A stretch of DNA of 62,838 nt, counting the filler, from Nemertoderma westbladi (taxonomy: Eukaryota > Animalia > Xenacoelomorpha), in the NCBI GenBank assembly GCA_032718475.1. It is 4 parts of 4 records of this genome, joined end to end, with 100 filler letters (N's around TTAATTAATTAA, not from the genome) between each part and the next. Parts side by side here need not be neighbours in the genome. Positions count along the whole stretch, not along the records: positions 56,293 to 62,838 come from JAUCBJ010003015.1; 3 more parts are not named here. One strand, 5' to 3'. Both the position numbers and the translations under genes were made by a program. Below the pieces are notes generated by a model. That model had not been told where the DNA came from and searched no databases. It worked only from the letters and a program-made list of their open reading frames with translations. Positions 59,083-62,838 of this stretch are shown here, in pieces; the stretch's first letter is position 1, and each line of letters begins with the position of its first letter.

Positions 59083-61833
59083 TTATTCTGCATAGGTTGT
59101 AGTACTACTACTACTAGGATCGGCATGCTGCATTGCAGCTGCATTTTTAAGAATGCTGTGCCGGCTTGTCAACAAAATTGCATCACCCATGACATTTGCT
59201 AGATCATCCACATCTTTAAGGCCAGTGTCCTTTAAGATGCGTCTCAAGAAAGTCATGGGCTGTCCACCATGCTTATTCACTCCATGAGGCTGCCAAAGTA
59301 CAAGATTATGCACTGGCTGGTCCTCACGGCGAAAGCAATGTCCTGCAAAGCGGAGGCGATTTTGTTCTCGTGTCAAGCTTGGGGGAACCAATGAGACACC
59401 TCCAATGTTATATAGTGTCTGGTTGGAGATGTGTGCATTGTACTTGACACAATGAACCCGGCGTAGCATTCTTGTGAATGTGCCATCCAGAGATTTGGTG
59501 TCCTCAGCAGTTAGAGCCCAGCATGGACTCCCGTAGAGGAGTACTGGAACTACTGCTGCTCTAAATAATTGGACCTTAAGTTTCCGATTAATTCTCGGTG
59601 ACTTCCAAATCCTGGAAAGCCTATTCAAGGCTGCCCATGCCTTTCCCTTACGTATTCGAAGGTCCTCACCTGACTTCCGGATCCATGATCCCAGGTAACA
59701 GAAGTCGTCCACATGCTCAAGCATACCATCCTTTGAGCTTATGCTCAACCGATCAGAGACTTGCTGAGGACTTTCAAAGTTAACTGTCAGAATTTTGGTC
59801 TTTCTGGAGTTAATAAAAAGACCAACACTAGAAGCAGCATGTTCTAATGAGCTGAGGAGCCGTTGGGCTCCCTCTAATGATTCTGAGAGTACTCCTAAGT
59901 CATCAGCAAAGTCTAGATCAGTTAGGTACTTGGCAGGATTTCCTCGACTTCTGGAGCCAGTAGGTGGAGTTATCATCACCCCATCATCATTATAATGATC
60001 TAAGGACATGCGTAGAACATAGTCAACCACAATAATGAACAAGAATGGTGCAAGTGTGTCTCCTTGGAGGACGCCCCATAACACTTCAAATGGTTCTGTG
60101 TCACCGTCAACAGTAGACACAAATGTTGTCGAACCATCGTATACTGATCTGATTGCTGCAATAATTTCATCAGGAATCCCATATAATGAAAGTATGCTGA
60201 ACATACGTGAGCGAGAGACTGAATCAAAGGCCTTGAAGAAGTCAACAAAGATAACAGCCAGATGCCTGTCTTTCTTTTTTGATAACTCTTCAATTATCCT
60301 TCTAAGTGCCAAAATGGGCTCCATGGTCCCACGACCTTTACGGAACCCATTCTGATTTCCACGGAGCAGTCTCTCAATGGGATCCCTGATGCGATTTAAT
60401 AGAATCCTATTGTATAGCTTTGCAGCAATCGAGATCAATGAGATTCCCCGAAAAGAACCATAGAGTGTTAGGTTGCCCTTCTTGGGAACTGGCACCAACT
60501 TATTTGTTTTCATTTCTTGTGGGACTCTTGTTGTTCGGTACATGTCTACTATGATGGGATAGATGAGCTTTAAACACTCAGGTATTTTAAAGACCTCAGG
60601 GGGAACACCATCTACTCCACTGGCACGATTGGTCTTAATGCTCTTTGCAGCAGCCTTCACTTCTGCAAAGGAGATATCGCCAATGGGAATATCTGGGAGT
60701 ACAGACTCAGACACTTTTACTTCTATAAAGTTATCAGGCAATACCCTGTCATTATTGAGTAGCTTTTCAGAGTGGGCCTTCCAACCATTGAGGCGATCGG
60801 CTGGTGATTCAGCCTTAACCTTGGTGGTTGGTTGGCTTTTCCACCCAGTAAGCAAGTTGATCGATTTCCATGCCTGGGATGATTGCCTGCTGTCGTCAGC
60901 ATCATTGATGGCATCAACCTGTTGGTTTATTAGCTCCTGTAGATTAGCAGAGTACTGCCTGTTCAGGGACCTAGATGCAGCCCTAACTGCATTCTTGGCC
61001 GCTGTAGTCTGTTTGAGTCGGGACTCTTTCTGCGCCTTATGAAGGTCATTTTGGCACTTCTGAATTTTGTTGTCAGTCCAGGGGGCCCTTTTCCTGTTTC
61101 GAGGGTATACAGGAACTGTTTCTGCAGCTGCTAACTTAACTGCTTCTGTAAAGGCAGTATAGCCCTCACAGTGATCTGCCGCCTCGGAGGCAAGAACCTC
61201 ATACCTGTTGCTCAGCTGTAGTGTGAAGCTGGATCTCACACTTGGCTGTTGCAACAGAGAGGACCAGTCATGCCGCGGCAAGGCAGATTTCGTTGTTCTG
61301 CTAGCACGCAGACTAAGTCTTACCTTGGCCACAATAAGGCGGTGATCACTGGAGAAGGGTCGAAGTGTAAATGCATTACAGTCTTGTATAGAGCTCCTGT
61401 ATTTCCTACGAAAGAGAATATGGTCTATCTGGGACTTGAGACCACTGGGTCCACTATGAGTCCATAGCTTTCCAGTTCGCTTCTTGAACTGGGATCCAGC
61501 CGAAAACAATCCATTTCCAGAGATAAAATCCTGAAGATGGACAGAATTTCGGTTAACACTATTGCTATAGACCCAGGGCGATGTAGGTGATTGATGCAGA
61601 CTTGCATTAAAGTCTCCCAGAAATGTTAAGAATGCATGCTGATCCACTCCATCAGTAGCTGCTTGTAGATTGTGGTAGAGATTTTCCACCTCCTCTACAG
61701 GGGCAACATTAGGTTGTAGTAATCTTACTTCAATAGACAATCCAGTTTGTTGTGTAGGGTTTTTCTGTATTAATCGGGCAGAAACGTCAATAACTTCATC
61801 ATTTGGCCATGATGTAGACACAATCATATCCAT
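59083..61833 (-). CDS. 916-aa chimeric ORF: Ulp1-like N-terminal fragment fused in frame to RTE APE-RT
   Basis: The first ~41 aa match the Ulp1-like ORF at 62390-62836; the junction LLQP|NVAPVEE lies at the TSD. Confidence 0.85.
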   Translation of the reverse strand: MDMIVSTSWPNDEVIDVSARLIQKNPTQQTGLSIEVRLLQPNVAPVEEVENLYHNLQAATDGVDQHAFLTFLGDFNASLHQSPTSPWVYSNSVNRNSVHLQDFISGNGLFSAGSQFKKRTGKLWTHSGPSGLKSQIDHILFRRKYRSSIQDCNAFTLRPFSSDHRLIVAKVRLSLRASRTTKSALPRHDWSSLLQQPSVRSSFTLQLSNRYEVLASEAADHCEGYTAFTEAVKLAAAETVPVYPRNRKRAPWTDNKIQKCQNDLHKAQKESRLKQTTAAKNAVRAASRSLNRQYSANLQELINQQVDAINDADDSRQSSQAWKSINLLTGWKSQPTTKVKAESPADRLNGWKAHSEKLLNNDRVLPDNFIEVKVSESVLPDIPIGDISFAEVKAAAKSIKTNRASGVDGVPPEVFKIPECLKLIYPIIVDMYRTTRVPQEMKTNKLVPVPKKGNLTLYGSFRGISLISIAAKLYNRILLNRIRDPIERLLRGNQNGFRKGRGTMEPILALRRIIEELSKKKDRHLAVIFVDFFKAFDSVSRSRMFSILSLYGIPDEIIAAIRSVYDGSTTFVSTVDGDTEPFEVLWGVLQGDTLAPFLFIIVVDYVLRMSLDHYNDDGVMITPPTGSRSRGNPAKYLTDLDFADDLGVLSESLEGAQRLLSSLEHAASSVGLFINSRKTKILTVNFESPQQVSDRLSISSKDGMLEHVDDFCYLGSWIRKSGEDLRIRKGKAWAALNRLSRIWKSPRINRKLKVQLFRAAVVPVLLYGSPCWALTAEDTKSLDGTFTRMLRRVHCVKYNAHISNQTLYNIGGVSLVPPSLTREQNRLRFAGHCFRREDQPVHNLVLWQPHGVNKHGGQPMTFLRRILKDTGLKDVDDLANVMGDAILLTSRHSILKNAAAMQHADPSSSSTTTYAE
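59105..61709 (-). mobile_element. RTE-clade LINE, 5'-truncated inside the APE domain
   Basis: GDFNA, SQIDHIL and SDH (APE); QNGFR, FVDFFKAFDS, GVLQGDTLAPFLF, DFADD and YLG (RT); (TAG)n tail; 12-bp TSD TAGGTTGTAGTA at 59093-59104 and 61710-61721. Confidence 0.95.
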
Positions 61834-62132
61834 ATGTTCGTTTGTGAGTTTATATGTTCATCCAAGCATATGCTTAAGCTCATAAACATCCATTCATAGA
61901 TTCCCTCTGGTAGAAGTGTCACTACGAGTAGAAAACAAATTCGATTCATAGATTGATAACTCAAGCCATCTTCTGACTCACTGCCGGAGCTATCATCGTT
62001 TAAACTATCAACGTCATGGTTTACGGGCTCTACGGGCTCGCCCAAACAATTCTACATATAAAAAAACGAATCTTACAATACGAATTGCACATACTAAATC
62101 TAAAATCACATTTGAAAAAGTTTTCTTTTAAC

Positions 62133-62838
62133 CTAACACCTTTTACAGAACCATTTACCTATTAAAGGTGATTGCGCTCTGTTATAACACTGTTTATGAT
62201 ACCAATTATGACATTTAGTACATTTCACCATACCACCAGGAATTTAATCTGGAAGACGGCAATCGCAGTAAATATTTTCTTCAAATGAAAATACGGGATA
62301 GTTGCTTCTTATGTAGTTCCGACGACTTTGGAAGAGAAATATGGACCGGATTTATCCCCATTAGTACAGAACGGGCAAAAGCAAGGCTATCAATCACAAT
62401 CATATAAACCACAATCATGAGAATCCGGTTGTTGTTGGACTGACATGACCTTAAATATCAGGCGTTCCAAAATAGGCTGGGAGACTTTACATACAATGTC
62501 CACAAGGTTAATTGGGTATTTTCTAATTTTAGGAATCATGCTATCATAAACATGAAAAGTACACTTGTTATCAGTTCTTAGATTTGTGACAACAATAAAG
62601 TGGTTATTATTAATTAAAATAATTTGCAATACACTACCAGTGTCAGAAGAATTATATTTTAACAAATTATTCTGCATAGGTTGTAGTAATCTTTCTTCAA
62701 TAGACAATCCAGTTTGTTGTGCAAGGTTTTTCTGTATTAATCGGGCAGAAACGTCAATAACTTCATCACTTAGCCATGATTTAGACACAATCATATCCAC
62801 ATGTTCGTTTGTGAGTTTATATGTTGATCCAAGCATAT
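62133..62838 (-). pseudogene. Ulp1-like (C48-type) cysteine protease plus PHD finger, transposon-accessory-like, disrupted
   Basis: WLSDEVID, NNHFIVV, VYDS and QQQPDSHDCGLY; after a frameshift IYCDCRLPD*IPGGMVKCTKCHNWYHKQC...KWFCKRC* (62133-62279). A second tandem copy lies at 61722-61871 plus 58966-59104. Confidence 0.8.

Overview
AT-rich, intron-containing animal (probably invertebrate) genomic DNA. It consists of four contigs joined by artificial N44-TTAATTAATTAA-N44 spacers (18699-18798, 33870-33969, 56193-56292), so adjacency across those spacers is unverified. Host genes: a very divergent, probably decaying NMDA-like ionotropic glutamate receptor (- strand, ~5335-9165); an intronless 405-aa AT-hook/basic-region protein (9705-10922); five exons of an arylsulfatase B-like gene (- strand, 12403-18575) with a 3.1-kb 42-bp satellite in one intron; and a GT31 beta-1,3-galactosyltransferase with 3' frameshifts (31857-32866). 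The rest is mostly transposable elements: BEL/Pao gag and integrase relics, Tc1/mariner, piggyBac, Gypsy, Penelope with hammerhead ribozymes, CRE, RTE LINEs, an Ulp1-PHD module and MITEs. The main observation is a family of LTR elements with three diverged copies (A 18799-29020, B ~40690-49168, C ~52068-53911). None shows pol or a tRNA primer-binding site. In copies A and B the 9-10 nt after the 5' LTR differ, yet each is perfectly complementary to an equivalently placed segment inside its own LTR, with co-varying flanking stems. This points to Tf1-like self-priming in a gag-only, tandem-array-carrying animal LTR family. All calls were made by eye from the sequence; no searches were run.
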